Source: Mobula hypostoma | Lineage: Eukaryota | DNA: 64,000 nt | Direction of reading: 5' to 3' | Assembly (NCBI RefSeq): GCF_963921235.1 | Contig: NC_086108.1 | Span: 113,710,001 to 113,774,000, forward strand | In this document: positions 26,132-39,194 of the stretch, one piece after another | Layout of the letters: the number at the start of each line of letters is the position of its first letter | How positions within the stretch are numbered: the first letter of the stretch is position 1 | The notes under the pieces: model-generated | Seen by the model: the letters and a program-made list of their open reading frames with translations, nothing else | The model's database searches: none | What the model was told of the DNA's origin: nothing | Position numbers and translations under genes: made by a program

Positions 26132-28808
26132 TAGGGGGAAGGGGCAGAGGCCCTATAAAGAAGGTGGGAGGAGGGTGGGAAGGAGAAGGCTGGTAGGTTC
26201 CAGGTGAAAAACCAGTAAGAGGAAAGATAAAGGGGTGGGGGAGGGGAAGCAGGGAGGTGATAGGCAGGAAAGGTGAAGAAGGAATAGGGGAAAACACAAT
26301 GGGTAGTAGAAGGGGGCGGAACCATGAGGGAGGAGGTAGGCAGCTGGGGGAGGGGGAAGAGTGACATAGGGATAGAGGAAGCGAGGGGGAGGGTATTACC
26401 GGAAGTTGGAGAATTCTATGTCATACCAAGGGGCTGGAGGCTACCTGGACAGTATATGAGGTGTTGCTCCTCCAGCCTGAGTTTAGCCTCATCATGGCAG
26501 TAGAGGAGGCCACATATGGACATATCTGAACGGGAGTGGGAAGCAGAGTTGAAGTGGGTGGCTACTGGGAGATCCTGTCTGTTGTGGCGGACGGAGCGGA
26601 GGTGATCGACGAAGCGGTCCCCCAATCTGTGTCGGGTTTCACCGATGTAGAGGAGGCCGCATCGGGAGCACCAGATGCAATAGATGACCCCAACAGACTC
26701 ACAAGTGAAGTGTTGCCTCACTTGGAATGACTGTTTGGGGCCCTGAATGGTGGCAAGAGAGGTGGGACCGCTCTTACTGCCGCTGGGTCCTACCGCCCGT
26801 CTTATTCCCCCACTACCCTCTTTCCTCCCCCCGACTCCCAACCTTCCCTCTACCCCTCATCACCCCTCCATTCCTCTGATCCTTCATCCTCCCCTAACCC
26901 CACTCTCCCTGAATATCCAAACCACCCTCTCCCTCCTGAGACCTCCCACCCATCACCCTCCTCCGACCCCAGCCCCAACCCTTGCCGTGTCTTCACCATC
27001 CCCTCTGACCTTCCCCTCTCTGAGGCAGAACGTTCTGTCCTTAGCAAGGGCCTCACTTTTGTCCCCCTCTGTCCACACCTCAGTGAGTTCCGTGCCTACC
27101 ATGTCGCTGAACTCTTCTTCCATCGCCTGCATCTCCGAGCCTACTTCTTTGGCAAGGATTCCCCTCCCCCTGCTGATGACCCCTTCTCTGTCTTCAACCC
27201 TCCTCCTCCTTCTGGACATTCCGCCCGGGCCTTCTACCTGCACTCGATCTTTTTATCTCCAGCTGTTGCCGAGACATCAACCGTCTCAACTTCACCACTC
27301 CTCTGTTCTGTTTCAACCTCACTCTCTCTGAACGCACTGCCCTCCACTCGCTCCGCACTAATCCCAACCTCACCATCAAACCCGCTGACAAAGGTGGTGC
27401 TGTAGTAGTCTGGTGGACGGACCTCTACCTCACTGAGGCCAAACGGCAGCTCTCTGACACCTCCTCTTACTTACCCCTGGAACAGGACCCCACCAAAATA
27501 CATCAAACCATTGCCTCCCGCACCATCACCGCCCTTATCAACTCCGGAGACCTTCCATCCTCAGCCGCTAAACTCATAATTCCCACACCCCGTACCGCTC
27601 GGGTTTACCTCCTCCCCAAGATCCACGAGCCTGACTGTCCCAGTAGATCCACAGTTTCTGCCTGTTCCTGTCCCCCCGAACTTGTAACTGCCTACCTGGA
27701 CTCCATTTTGTCACCCATAGTTCAGTCCCTCCACACCTACATCCACAATACATCCCATGCCCTCCACCTCTTCAATAACTTCCAGTTCCCCGGTCCTAAC
27801 CGCTTCATTTTCACTATGGATGTCGAATCCCTATATCCCTCCATTCCCCATCAAGAAGGCCTCAAAGCCCTCCGCTACTTTCTGGATAATAGACCTCACC
27901 AGCTCCCCCACCACAACTACCCTCCTCCGGCTGGCAGAACTGGTTCTCACACTCAATAACTTCTCTTTTGGCTCTTCCCACTTCCTTCAGACGAAGGGTG
28001 TAGCTATGGGAACTCGCATGGGCCCCAGCTATGCCTGCCCCTTCGTTGGTTATGTGGAACAGTCTGTGCTCCAAACCTATTCTGGTACTGCTCCCCAACT
28101 TTTCCTTCGGTACATTGATGATTACATTGGTGCTGCTTCCTGCACCCATGCTCAGCTCGTCAATTTCATCGACTTTACTTCTAACTTCCACCCAGCCCTC
28201 AAACTCACTTGGTCTATCTCGGACACTTCTCTCCCCTTTCTCGATCTCTCTGTCTCCATCTCTGGAGACAGACTGTCCACTGACATCTTCTACAAGCCCA
28301 CTGACTCTCATAACTACCTCGACTATACCTCTTCCCACCCTGCCACATGCAAAAAATGCTATTCTCTACTCCCAGTTCCACTGTCTCTGCCGCATCTGCT
28401 CCAAGGATGAGGTTTTCCGTTCCAGGACATCTCAAATGTCCTCTTTCTTTAAGGATCGTGGTTTCCCTTCTGCTGTCATCGATGATACCTTCACCTGCAT
28501 CTCCTCCATTTCCTGCACTTCAGCCCTCACCCCATCCTCCCACCACCACAACAGGGACAGAGTTCCCCTTGTCCTCACCTACCACCCCACCAGCCTCCGG
28601 ATCCAGCACATTATCCTCCACAACTTCCGCCACCTTCAACAGGACCTCACCACTATGCACATCCTTCCCTCTCCACCCCCCCTCCGCTTTCCGCAGGGAT
28701 CGGTCCCTCCGCGACTCCCTGATCCACACGTTCCTCCCAATGGATCTCCCACCCGGAACTTATCCCTGTAAGTGCAAGTGCTACACCTGTCCCAACAACA
28801 CCTCTCTT

Positions 28809-30237
28809 AGTCATAGTCATAGTCATACTTATTGATCACGGGGGAAATTGGTTTTCGTTACAGTTGCACCATAAATAATTAAATAGTAATAAAACCATAA
28901 ATGGTTAAATAGTAATATGTAAATTATGCCAGGAAATAAGTCCAGGACCAGCCTGTTGGCTCAGGGCGTCTGACCCTCCAAGGGAGGAGTTGTAAAGTTT
29001 GATGGCCACAGGCAGGAATGACTTCCTATGACGTTCTGTGTTGCATCTCGGTGGAATGAGTCTCTGGCTGAATGTATTCCTGTGCCCAACCAGTACATTA
29101 TGTAGTGGATGGGAGACATCGTCCAAGATGGCATGCAACTTGGACAGCGTCCTCTTTTCAGACATCATCGTCAGAGAGTCCAGTTCCATCCCCACAACAT
29201 CACTGGCCTTACGAATGAGTTTGTTGATTCTGTTGGTGTCTGCTACCCTCAGCCTGCTGCCCCAGCACACAACAGCAAACATGATCGCACTGGCCACCAC
29301 AGACTCGTAGAACATCCTCAGCATCGTCCGGCAGATGTTAAAGGACCTCAGTCTCCTCAGGAAATAGAGACGGCTCTGACCCTTCTTGTAGACAGCCTCA
29401 GTGTTCTTTGACCAGTCCAGTTTATTGTCAATTCGTATCCCCAGGTATTTGTAATCCTCCACCATGTCCACACTGACCCCCGGATGGAAACAGGGGTCAC
29501 CCGTACCTTAGCTCTCCTCAGGTCTACCATCAGCTCCTTAGTCTTTTTCACATTAAGCTGCAGGTAATTCTGCTGACACCATGTGACAAAGTTTCCTACC
29601 GTAGCCCTGTACTCAGCCTCATCTCCCTTGCTAATGCAACCAACTATGGCAGAGTCATCAGAAAACTTCTGAAGATGACAAGACTCTGTGCAGTAGTTGA
29701 AGAGAAAGGGAGACAAGACAGTCCCCTGTGGAGCCCCAGTGCTGCTGACCACTCTGTCGGACAGTGTTGTAAGCACATGTACTGTGGTCTACCAGTCAGG
29801 TAATCAAGAATCCATGACACCAGGAAAGCATCCACCTGCATTGCTGTCAGCTTCTCCCCCTGCAGAGCAGGGCAGATGGTATTGAACGCACTGGAGAAGT
29901 CAAAAAACATGACCCTCACAGTGCTCGCTGGCTTGTCCAGGTGGGCATAGACACGGTTCAGCAGGTAGACGATGGCATCCTCAACTCCTAGTCGGGGCTG
30001 GTAGGCGAACTGGAGGGGATCTAAGTGTGGCCTGACCATAGGCCAGAGCAGCTCCAGAACAAGTCTCTCCAGGGTCTTCATGATGTGGGATGTCAATGCC
30101 ACCGGTCTGTAGTCATTGAGGCCGCTGGGGCACGGCGTTTTCCGCACAGGGACAAGGCAGGACGTCTTCCACAGTACAGGAACCTTCCATAGCCTCAGGC
30201 TCAGGTTGAATATATGGTGAAGTCCTCCACATAGCTG
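28809..30237 (-). mobile_element. Rex1/Babar-type LINE, 5'-truncated, inserted in the PLE
   Basis: DYRPVALTS, DPLQFAY, DFSSAFNTI, FSDDS and YKYLG motifs. (tatgac)n tail. Confidence 0.9.
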
Positions 30238-30836
30238 ACCACCATTCAGGGCCCCAAACAGTCCTTCCAGGTGAGGCAACACTTCACTTGTGAGTCTGCT
30301 GGGGTCATCTATTGCATCCGGTGCTCCCAGTGCGGCCTCCGCAAATTGAGGGACCGCTTCGTCGAGCACCTCCGCTCCGTCCGCCACAACAGACAGGATC
30401 TCCCAGTAGCCACCCACTTCAACTCTGCTTCCCACTCCCGTTCAGATATGTCCATACATGGCCTCCTCTACTGCCATGATGAGGCCAAACTCAAGTTGGA
30501 GAAGCAACACCTCACATACCTTCTATGTAGTCTCCAGCCCCTTGGTATGAACATAGAATCCTCCAACTTCCGGTAATAACCTCCCCCTCACTTCCTCTAT
30601 CCCTATGTTGCTCTGCCCCCTCCCCCAGCTGCCTATCACCTCCCTCTTGGTTCCGCCTCTACTACCCATTGTGTTTTCCCCTATTCCTTCTTCACCTTTC
30701 CTGCCTATCACCTCCCTGCTTCCCCTCCCCCACCCCTTTATCTTTCCCCTTACTGGTTTTTCACCTGGAACCTACCAGCCTTCTCTTTCCCACCCTCCCC
30801 TCACCTTCTTTACAGTGCCTCCACCCCTTCCCTTTA

Positions 30837-30874
30837 CAGTCCTGATGAAGGGTTCCGGCCTGAAACGTCGACTG
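30837..30874 (+). ncRNA. Minimal type I hammerhead ribozyme motif in the PLE terminal repeat
   Basis: CAGTC-CTGATGA-AGGgttccggCCT-GAAA-CG-TC-GACTG. Core boxes intact, stem I CAGTC/GACTG, GUC cleavage triplet. Confidence 0.8.
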
Positions 30875-32539
30875 ATCATTTCCACGGATGCTGCCTGACC
30901 TGCTGAGTTCCTCCAGTGTGTTGTGAGTGTTGCTCCCACCCTCAATCCATATGGATACACTGGAGCTTGGCCCCACTAAGCCTTCAGGAATAGGGTTTTT
31001 CGCTTTAGTGTTTTCCTTGATATATTGATTGGAATGTGTTCCCCCCAAGATGACTGGGTTTCTCTGAAGTTTCCTGATTTCCCCTTCTGTTTAAGCACCC
31101 ATGGACTCCCTTTCCGAAGGCCTTCCCATCCTTCACACTCCCATCTGAAGTGTCCCTCCTCACCACAGTTGTAACAGACAATACCAGTCACTCCCCTTTT
31201 CAAAGGACCCCCTTCAATAGCAGCCCTCTGCTTAGTATGTCCCATCAGTGGGCCAGGCTCCCTGTCGGCTTTGTCATGCTTGGTGACAGCACCCACCGAT
31301 ACCAACTGAGATACCTCAATCCTCTAATCCTTTACAAATCCTGCAAAACCCCCACCTGTGTGGCTTTAGGGGTCGCTTCAGCAACAGAGGCTACCACCAA
31401 GGACTGTACCCTGCTGACAGAGGTCTCCTGCTCCTCTATTGCATTTTCCTCCTCTCTTACTTCTCTGATCAGCTCAACAAATGAGGGAGGGGAGTACTTC
31501 TTACAGGACATTCGGAGGCTTAAAGTGATCATGTCCTGTGACTGTGCGCCCTTTGTCACTTGGTCCATCCTTAAACTGACTCACCTCTTCAGTTGAATAG
31601 TTCCCTCATGCTACAAGCAACATAGCTGTCTCTAGCTGAAAAATGTAGGCAGAAAGTTTCTCCCCTTTCCCCATAGCTCCACTGGGCTTTCTGTCATGCC
31701 AGAAACGCTTTGTAGCAATTGCATATAGCCCATGGAAGTAAGGGATTCCTTGCCTTTAAGGACCTCACTGTTTTGGCAGCTGGACCTTTTAAACTCACTA
31801 CCATTCACTGTCTTTTCACATTATCAGAGCACTGCCACTCATCCATCATCTGAGAGCTCTGCTCTGCCCAAATCTCATATTCCTCCTCACCATCGGGGAT
31901 GGGCTTCACCCCGGAGAACATACTCAACCTGCGGTAACTTTCACTCCTTGCTAGTGAACTTTGCCATTTATCCACCAGGGACACAAGGGCCGACACCAAC
32001 TAGGAATTTTCACCCCTCACTGAAGGACTCACTAGACCTTCCACATCAGACCACTCCTTCCCCTCACTCAGCAGAAACGAGAGCAACTTGTCTTTAAAGT
32101 CTCCGCCCTCAGCCAGGGGAAACTTGGCTTCCAATCTGGCACCCTTGCCGACATTACCCTCTTCTCTGAAAGTATAGACAGCCCATGGCCCTGCCTCTCT
32201 GGGTACTCCAATGGTACCAGGCAGATCCACTCCTGTTACATCAGCACTAGTTTGAACTAAAACAAAATCTTTGCCCACTGTTTAGTCAAACTGCCGCTCC
32301 ATGATCGTAACTTTTCCTAATGTCCTCATATTACATAAAACCCTAATCAACAACTCATTTCGGCTGCTGATATCCACCCTGCTCAGAACACAAGCACTAG
32401 CTACAGGTAATTGCTTTGAATCGCACCAATGCTTAATCCCTGAAGCATCCATTACCATGCATCTTAATCACTTTCCTGGACAATAGTTTAACACAGCCTT
32501 AAACAACATCCCACTTAATCAATACTTAGGGCAATCTTA

Positions 32540-32642
32540 GGACTATTTACCTATTTATGGTTCTATTACTATTTATTATTTATGGAGCTACTGTAACGAA
32601 AACCGATTCCCCCCGGGATTAATAAAGTATGACTATGACTAA
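32540..32642 (+). mobile_element. Short 3' tip of the same Rex/Babar family
   Basis: Matches 56660-56766, including aataaagtatgactatgact. Confidence 0.75.
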
Positions 32643-32949
32643 TCTAATCACACATTATCCAATGAACTCAACCCCAGATGAGCCCCCATAATGAAACCTC
32701 TTTTTACTGTGTCTCTAGAAACAGCTCATTAGCCGCTTACTAACAGCTTCAGGAGTGAGAGACCCATCTTTCTTCGGCTTTGTATAGCTAGAGTGTATAC
32801 AAGTCAAATCAAGTCTATTGTCATTTCCACTATAAGCTGCTGGTACAGTACACAGTACGAATGAAGCAACGTTCCTCCAGGACCCTGGTTCTACATGAAA
32901 CAACATAAAACTACACTAGACTATGTGAGACAGCACAAGCCTACACTAT

Positions 32950-33267
32950 AAATAATAAAGGCATCCGTTAGTCTTGCGAGACCATGGATCTGTGCCTGGA
33001 AAGTCTTCACTCTCCAGGGCGCAGGCCTGGGCAAGGTTGTATGGAAGACCAGCAACTGCCCATGCTGCAAGTCTCCCCTCTCCACGACACCAATGTTGTC
33101 CAAGGGAAGGGCATTAGGACCCATACAGCTTGGCACCACTGTCGTCGCAGAGCAATGTGTGATTAAGTGCCTTGCTCAAGGACACAACACATTCCCTCGG
33201 CTGGGGCTTGAACTCACGACCTTCAGGTCGCTAGTCTAATGCCTTAACCACCTGGCCACGTGCTCAC
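32950..33267 (-). mobile_element. tRNA-derived SINE with an RTE-like 3' end
   Basis: A box tggccaggtgg, B box gagttcaagcc, (tta)n tail. Near-identical to 39195-39517. Confidence 0.85.
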
Positions 33268-34596
33268 ACAAAGCTATACTAGACTACGTAAAAACAACAT
33301 AAAAACTGCACTAGACTACAGAGCTGCACAAGACTACACAAAGTGCACAAAAGCAGTGCAGAGCAGTACAACAATTAATAAGTAAGACAATAGGCACAGT
33401 AGAGGACAAATTACAATATAACAATAAATGATGTAAATGTCAGTCTAGACTATGAGTATTGAGGAGTCTGATGGCTTGGGGGAAGAAACTGTTGCACAGT
33501 CTGATCATGAGAGCCCTAATGCTTTGGTACCTTTTGCCAGACGGTAGGAGGGAGAAGAGTTTGTAGGAGGGAGAAGAGTTTTTGTGAGGGGTGTGTGGGG
33601 TCCTTCATAATGCTGTTAGCTTTGCAGGTGCAGCGTGTGGTGTAAATGTCTGTAATAGTGGGAAGAGAGATCCCGATGATCTTCTCAGCTGACCTCACCA
33701 TCCACTGCAGGGTCTTGCGATCCGAGATGGTGCAATTTCCGAACCAAGCAGTGATGCAGCTGCTCAGGATGCTCTCAATACAACCTCTGTAGAATGTGGT
33801 AAGGATGGGGGGTGGGAGATGGACTTTTCTCTGCCTTCGCAGAAAGTAGAGTCGCTGCTGGGCTTTCTTGGCTACAGAGCTGGTGTTGAGGGACCAGGTT
33901 AGATTCTCCGCCAGGTGAACACCAAGAAATTTGATGCTCTTAACGATCTCAACGAAGAGCTGTCAATGTTCAGCAGAGAGTGGTCACTCCGTGCTCTCCT
34001 GAAGTCAACAACCATCTCTTTTGTTTTGTTCACATTCAGAGACAGGTTGTTCGCTCTGCACCAGTCTGTTAGCTGTTGCACCTCCTCTCTGTATCCTGAC
34101 TCGTCGTTCTTGCTAATGAGACCCACCACGGTCGTGTCATCGGCGAAACTGATGATGTGGTTCGAGCTGTGTGTTGCAGCAGTCGTGGGTCAGCAGAGTG
34201 AACAGCAGTGGACCAAGCACACAGCCCTGGGGGGATCCCCATGCTCAGTGCGATGGTGTTGGAGATGCTGCTTCCGATCTGGACTGACTGAGGTCTCCCA
34301 GTCAGGAAGTCTAGGATCCAGTTGCAGAGGGAGGTGTTCAGGCCCAGCAGTTTCAGCTTTCCAATCAGGTGCTGAGGAATGATTGTGTTGAATGCTGAAC
34401 GGAAGTCTATGAACAGCATTCGAACATATGTGTCTTTTTTGTTCAGGTGGGTGAAGGCCAGGTGGAGGGTGGTGGCGATGGCATCGTCTGTTGAGCGGTT
34501 GGGACGATACGCGAGCTGCAAGGGGTCCAGTGAGGGGGGCAGCAGGGTCTTTATGTGCCTTATGACGAGTCTCTTGAAACATTTCATGATGATGGA

Positions 34597-34792
34597 GCAA
34601 CACTCACAACACGCTGGAGGAACTCAGCAGGTCGGGCAGCATCCGTGGAAACGATCAGTCGATGTTTCGGGCCGGAACCATTCGTCAGGAAACGTCGACT
34701 GATCGTTTCCACGGATGCTGCCCGACCTGCTGAGTTCCTTCAGCGCGCTGTGAGTGTTGATTTGACCCCAGCATCTGCAGATTATTTTGTGG
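34597..34792. mobile_element. Fold-back PLE-derived short element
   Basis: Near-perfect inverted arms. 13-bp TSD TCATGATGATGGA. Minus-strand ctgacgaatggttccggcccgaaacatc hammerhead motif. Confidence 0.88.
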
Positions 34793-36342
34793 TCATGATG
34801 ATGGATGTGAGAGCAACAGGACAGTAGTCGCTGAGGCGGGACACCGAAGACTTCTTCGGCACGGGGACCATGGTGGCAGCCTTGAAGCACACTGGAATGA
34901 TGGTGCTGCTCAGGGAGATATTGAAGATGTCAGCATTGGTCCTGCCAAATCTGTGAAATTAGGATGTTTCACCCACCCTATCACCGGTGTATGTGAATGC
35001 TGTGTGAATTTACTGCCCTTACAACTGCCCGTCAGAATGGAATAACAGCTCACACACTGCATACAATTATAAGTAAGTATATTTATGAATGTTAGCTTAA
35101 CCAAAGAGTTAATAAAGGAAAGAAAGAAAAAAAACAATAAGGCTCCATTATAATTAAACAGTCAAATGCACACAGGCTGGAGTTCAAATCTTCCAAAAGC
35201 CATATTCACCAATCTTTGGTAGACCTCTGTGCCTTGCCTCCATCAAATAGCGTTTTCCCACCGGATCGAGTCTGACGACGGGTTCTCTCTGGCGTCTTCT
35301 CTCTTCATCTCCCACCGAACACAGACCAAGACCAACCTTAGTGTCCCCCACAAAACCTCTCCCCCCAGTGTACTCTGGAACCTTCTGCCAGTTTCACCAT
35401 CCTATTTGGATGACACTCATTCTTAAGCCTCCCTTATCGTAACGGTAACGCAAACAGGCTAAAGGCGGAACAGACTGCTCTTACAGAACAGCTAAAATGA
35501 AATACCTACAGCATAACAGTAAAAATGTGAACCAGGGCGTTAATACTGTATATACAGAAAAGTGCTAGAAAAGGGCCAGTAACATCACGAAAGATCCCAC
35601 CCACCAAGAAAGAAAAGGAAAAAGAAGCATTGTACTTTAGGAAATTGTCCGTTGTGGTTAAGCTGATGTTGCTTCACAATAAAAACATTTGAAACAGAAG
35701 TCATATCAGAATTAGAATCAGGTTTAATATCACTGGTATATGTCGTGAAATTTGTTGGATTTGCGGCAGCAGTATATTGCATTGCATAATAATAAAAACT
35801 ATAAATTACAATTTAAAAAAAGATCCCACCCACCCTGCTCATGGGCTGTTTGTTCCACTTTCATCAGGGAGGAGGATATGTGGCATCCATGCCAGGACCA
35901 CCAGACTCAAAGACAGTTACCCGTCCCAACACTAAAGCTGATCAACACCTCCACCCACTAACCAACCACTTTATCAATTCTAGTCAGTTGCCTTATGTGC
36001 CTATCTTTCCTGTGCCAAGTAAGTTTATTGACATATAACCAATCTGAGCAAATAAGCTATCTCATGTCTTTATATTTATTGTGTTTATCTTATTTGTTTT
36101 TTCTGCTGCAGCAGAGCGACAATTATTTTGTTGCCCTTCACACTTCTGTACTGGAATTGACGGTGAACAATATATGGAATGCGCTGCCAGAGTTAGTGGC
36201 AGGGCATTCACAACATTTAAAAGATACTTGGACAAGTACATAGACTTGAAAGGTTTAGAAAGCTAATGTACTAAATGTAGACAAATGAAACTAGATTGGT
36301 TGGGCACCTTGGTGGTCACCTAGGCCAGTTGGACCGAAGAGC

Positions 36343-36625
36343 ATTAAGATTACCTTTATTTGTCACATGTACATTGAAACATCAAAACATACTGTGAAAT
36401 GCGTCATTTGCATCAATGACCAACACAGTTTGAAGATGTACTGGGGACAGCCCACTAGCGTCACTATGCTCCTGGTGCCAACATAGCATGCCTATAACTC
36501 ACTAATGTGTCATTAATGTTTCTGGAATGTAGGGAGAAACCGGAGCACCTGGAGGAAGATGTACACAAACTCCTTACGGACAGCGGCAGGAATTGAACCC
36601 CGATCAGTGATCATTGGCACTGATA
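36343..36625 (-). mobile_element. V-SINE/HE1-like tRNA SINE
   Basis: B box gggttcaattcc and the conserved central domain tcctccaggtgctccggtttctccc on the minus strand. Confidence 0.7.
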
Positions 36626-36821
36626 AAGCGATCATGTATCCTATGTGGCTCTATTGATCAATAAAGAGATAAATAAATGATTCTGCACTGTATGGCTTTA
36701 TGGCTCCAGTACGAAAATAACTTCACATCCGTAGTCATCGTATACCCTTTATAGTTCTCCTCAGATGAACATAATTCCTATTTTACTAATTGCAACGGTT
36801 TCACATTCATTAGGTTCATAC

Positions 36822-36896
36822 CTGAAGTGGTTCCACCAATTCCAATGTATGTTTCAGGTAAATTAGGTTTGTAATCTTTGATCCAGCTGCCTGTAT
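36822..36896 (-). CDS. MSH4: MSH4 internal coding exon, 75 bp (IQAAGSKITNLIYLKHTLELVEPLQ)
   Basis: Acceptor tttaatag|, donor |gtatga. Matches the MSH4 SKITNLIYLKHTLELV motif. Confidence 0.95.
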
Positions 36897-37145
36897 CTAT
36901 TAAATAAACATGAAACTCTGTGATGGCTATCGCATAGCTACAACTAATATGTTGTTTCATTTTTAAAAAAGCAAATCATTTACATTCATGACAATTGCTA
37001 TATGCAGAAGTAATTAACAATATGTAATTCAGAGTCAATACATCAAGGTTCCATAGCCAGTTAATATTAAAAATTTTAAGATCTTAATGCAGGATAGCTA
37101 TCGCTTACAGAGTATACTATGCATATTGGAAGAGAAATTTCTCTA

Positions 37146-37277
<132 letters not shown>

Positions 37278-37577
37278 CTATAATAAAATATATTCAATCA
37301 AGCAGTAAGAATAATATCTAATTTCAATATTATTACTTCATATGTCATGAGGAAAATGACTAACCAGGAAATAGCTAATTAATTTATAAATATTTAGTAG
37401 CTCTTCCACCTCATTCATCACCATCCTGGATAGAAATAATCTTACGACCTTCCAGGGTCTTTGCATCCTCCAACTCTGGTCTCTTGTCTATTTTCATTTT
37501 CATTTTCTCCATCACTGGTAATTATATCTTCAGCTGCCTTAAACCAGTACAAAGAAGCATGGTAATCTAGCGGTTAA

Positions 37578-37946
37578 CCTACCGAATGTTGAAAGGACTA
37601 GATAGGGTGGAAGCGCAGAGGATAGTTCCTCCGGTGGGGGTATCCACTTTCGAGGGCACAACCTCAAAATTGAGGGTTGACCTTTTACAACAGAAGTAAG
37701 GAGGATTTTTTTTAGTCACAGAGTGGTGAATTTGTGGATTGCATTGCCACAGACTGCAGTGGAGGCCAAGTCCGAGGGTATATTCAAAGCAGAAGTTCAT
37801 AGCTTCCTAATTGGTCAGGGCATTAAGGGATATGGTGAGAGGGCAGGTGTATGGGGTTGAATGGGATCCAGGATCAGCCAGGATGAAACAGCGGAGTAGA
37901 TTCGATGGGCTGAATGACATAATTCTGCTCCTGTCTTATGGTCTTA
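37578..37946 (+). mobile_element. CR1 3' fragment
   Basis: RVVNLW-type coding end and a tcttatggtctt tail. Confidence 0.8.
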
Positions 37947-37947
37947 G

Positions 37948-38255
37948 CATAATGGTATAACGCTGTACAGCACAAGCTGTAAGATCGGGTTCAATTCCCG
38001 CTGCTCTCTGTAAGGAGTCTGTGTGTTCTCCCCATAACCATGTGGGTTTTCTCCAGCTGCTCTGGTTTTCTCCCACATTCCAAAGACATATATGTTAGAG
38101 TAGGTTAAGGGCATACTATGTTTGTGTCAGAAGCACGGCAACACTTGCGAGTTGCCCCCAGCACACCCTCAGACTGAGTTCGTCATCGATGCAGAAAATG
38201 CATTTCACTTCATGCTTCAATGTACGTGATAAATAAAACTGATCTTCAATCTTCA
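37948..38255 (+). mobile_element. V-SINE/HE1-like tRNA SINE
   Basis: B box gggttcaattccc, central tgtgggttttctccagctgctctggttttctcccacattccaaagac, and aataaa followed by a (tcttcaa) tail. Confidence 0.75.
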
Positions 38256-38494
38256 AAAAAAAACAGAACCACTGTCTTCAGTACAATCTACCTTTTGGTT
38301 GTCTGCACTATGAAGCTCTGTCTCATAACACACTTATGAACCACCTGTAGCGTGGTTTGCATGCCCAAACCAAGCTCCTGAAATAAACACTGTTTCAGCT
38401 CTGTCATTAAAGGAAGGAATCTGATGGACAGAATAAGATTCAAGGATTTTCTCAAAACCTTCCTGAAAAGTGCATCATTCCTCACAAAAAAACA

Positions 38495-38620
38495 CAAGAG
38501 ATCCTGCTGAAAATCCACAGTAACATGCACAGAATGCTGGACGAACTCAGCAGGTCAGGCAGCATCGATGAAAATGAATAAACAGTCAATGTTTCAGGCC
38601 AAGACTCTTCATCAGGACAC
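38495..38620 (-). mobile_element. PLE terminal-repeat fragment with a degenerate hammerhead
   Basis: Minus strand reads gtcctgatgaagagtcttggcctgaaacattgactg. Confidence 0.7.
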
Positions 38621-38660
38621 CAGCCCACTATTATTGGAAATCCAAAACCCATGGAAATTG

Positions 38661-39140
38661 ACTCAGTGACCACTTTGAGATAACTCCTGCAACTAATAAA
38701 GAGGCCACTGAGTGTATGTTCCTGGTCTTCTGCTGCTGTAGCCCATCTACTTCAAGGTTCAACATATTGTGTATTCAGAGATGCTCACCTGCACACCATG
38801 TTGTAACGCGATTATTTGAGTTACTGTCGCCTTCCTGTCAGCTTGAACCAGACTGCCCATTTTCCTCTAAGCTCTCTCATTAACAAGGCATCTTTGCCCA
38901 CAGAACTGCCACATACTGGATGTTTTTTGTTTATAGTACCTTGCTTTGTAAACTCTAGAGACTGTTGTGCATAAATTTCACAGGAGATCAGCAGTTTCTG
39001 AGATACTCAAACCACCCTATCTGACACCAACAATCATTCCATGGTCAAAGTCACTTAGATCACATTTCTTCCCCATTCTGATGACTGGTCTGAACAACTG
39101 AACCATGTCCACATGCATCACTGAGTTGATGCAACACATG
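38661..39140. mobile_element. Non-autonomous Tc1/mariner-derived element
   Basis: Inverted actcagtgaccacttt and aaagaggccactgagt ends, followed by a Tc1-like body. Confidence 0.55.
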
Positions 39141-39194
39141 GCATGTGCACACTGAAATTGGTAAATGGTTTATTATTGTCACACATATCGAGGT

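Larger units (their letters stand above)
26002..30935 (+). mobile_element. Penelope-like element (RT and GIY-YIG) with an inverted copy of its 3' end (26002 to about 26760)
   Basis: PADKG, MDVESLY, GVAMGTRMGPSYA, RYIDD and VIYCI..C...YIGET motifs. Perfect 14-bp TSD CCACCCTCAATCCA (25988-26001, 30936-30949) inside the Gypsy protease. Confidence 0.93.
32802..34915 (-). mobile_element. Rex/Babar-type LINE (second family) inserted in the Gypsy 5' LTR
   Basis: [35 protein letters not shown] and VNKTKEMVVDFR motifs. Tail (gactt/gattt)n at 32802. Confidence 0.88.
21170..35543 (-). mobile_element. Ty3/Gypsy element with PNMA-like Gag, degraded; LTRs at about 21170-21848 and 32692-35543 (interrupted)
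   Basis: Gag YRRLSMFSG..EEEYEIW and CYNCGEEGH zinc knuckle. PR (ILDT), RT (LDLRSGYYQV) and IN (SNQGRDFES). Degenerate tRNA-Pro-like PBS tgggggctcatctggg at about 32673-32688. PPT at about 21850-21865. Confidence 0.88.

Noticed and set aside
30976..32460. PNMA host gene
   Set aside because: It is the disrupted gag of the surrounding Gypsy element.
33545..33582. 19-bp tandem duplication
   Set aside because: Local slippage inside a dead LINE; no array structure.
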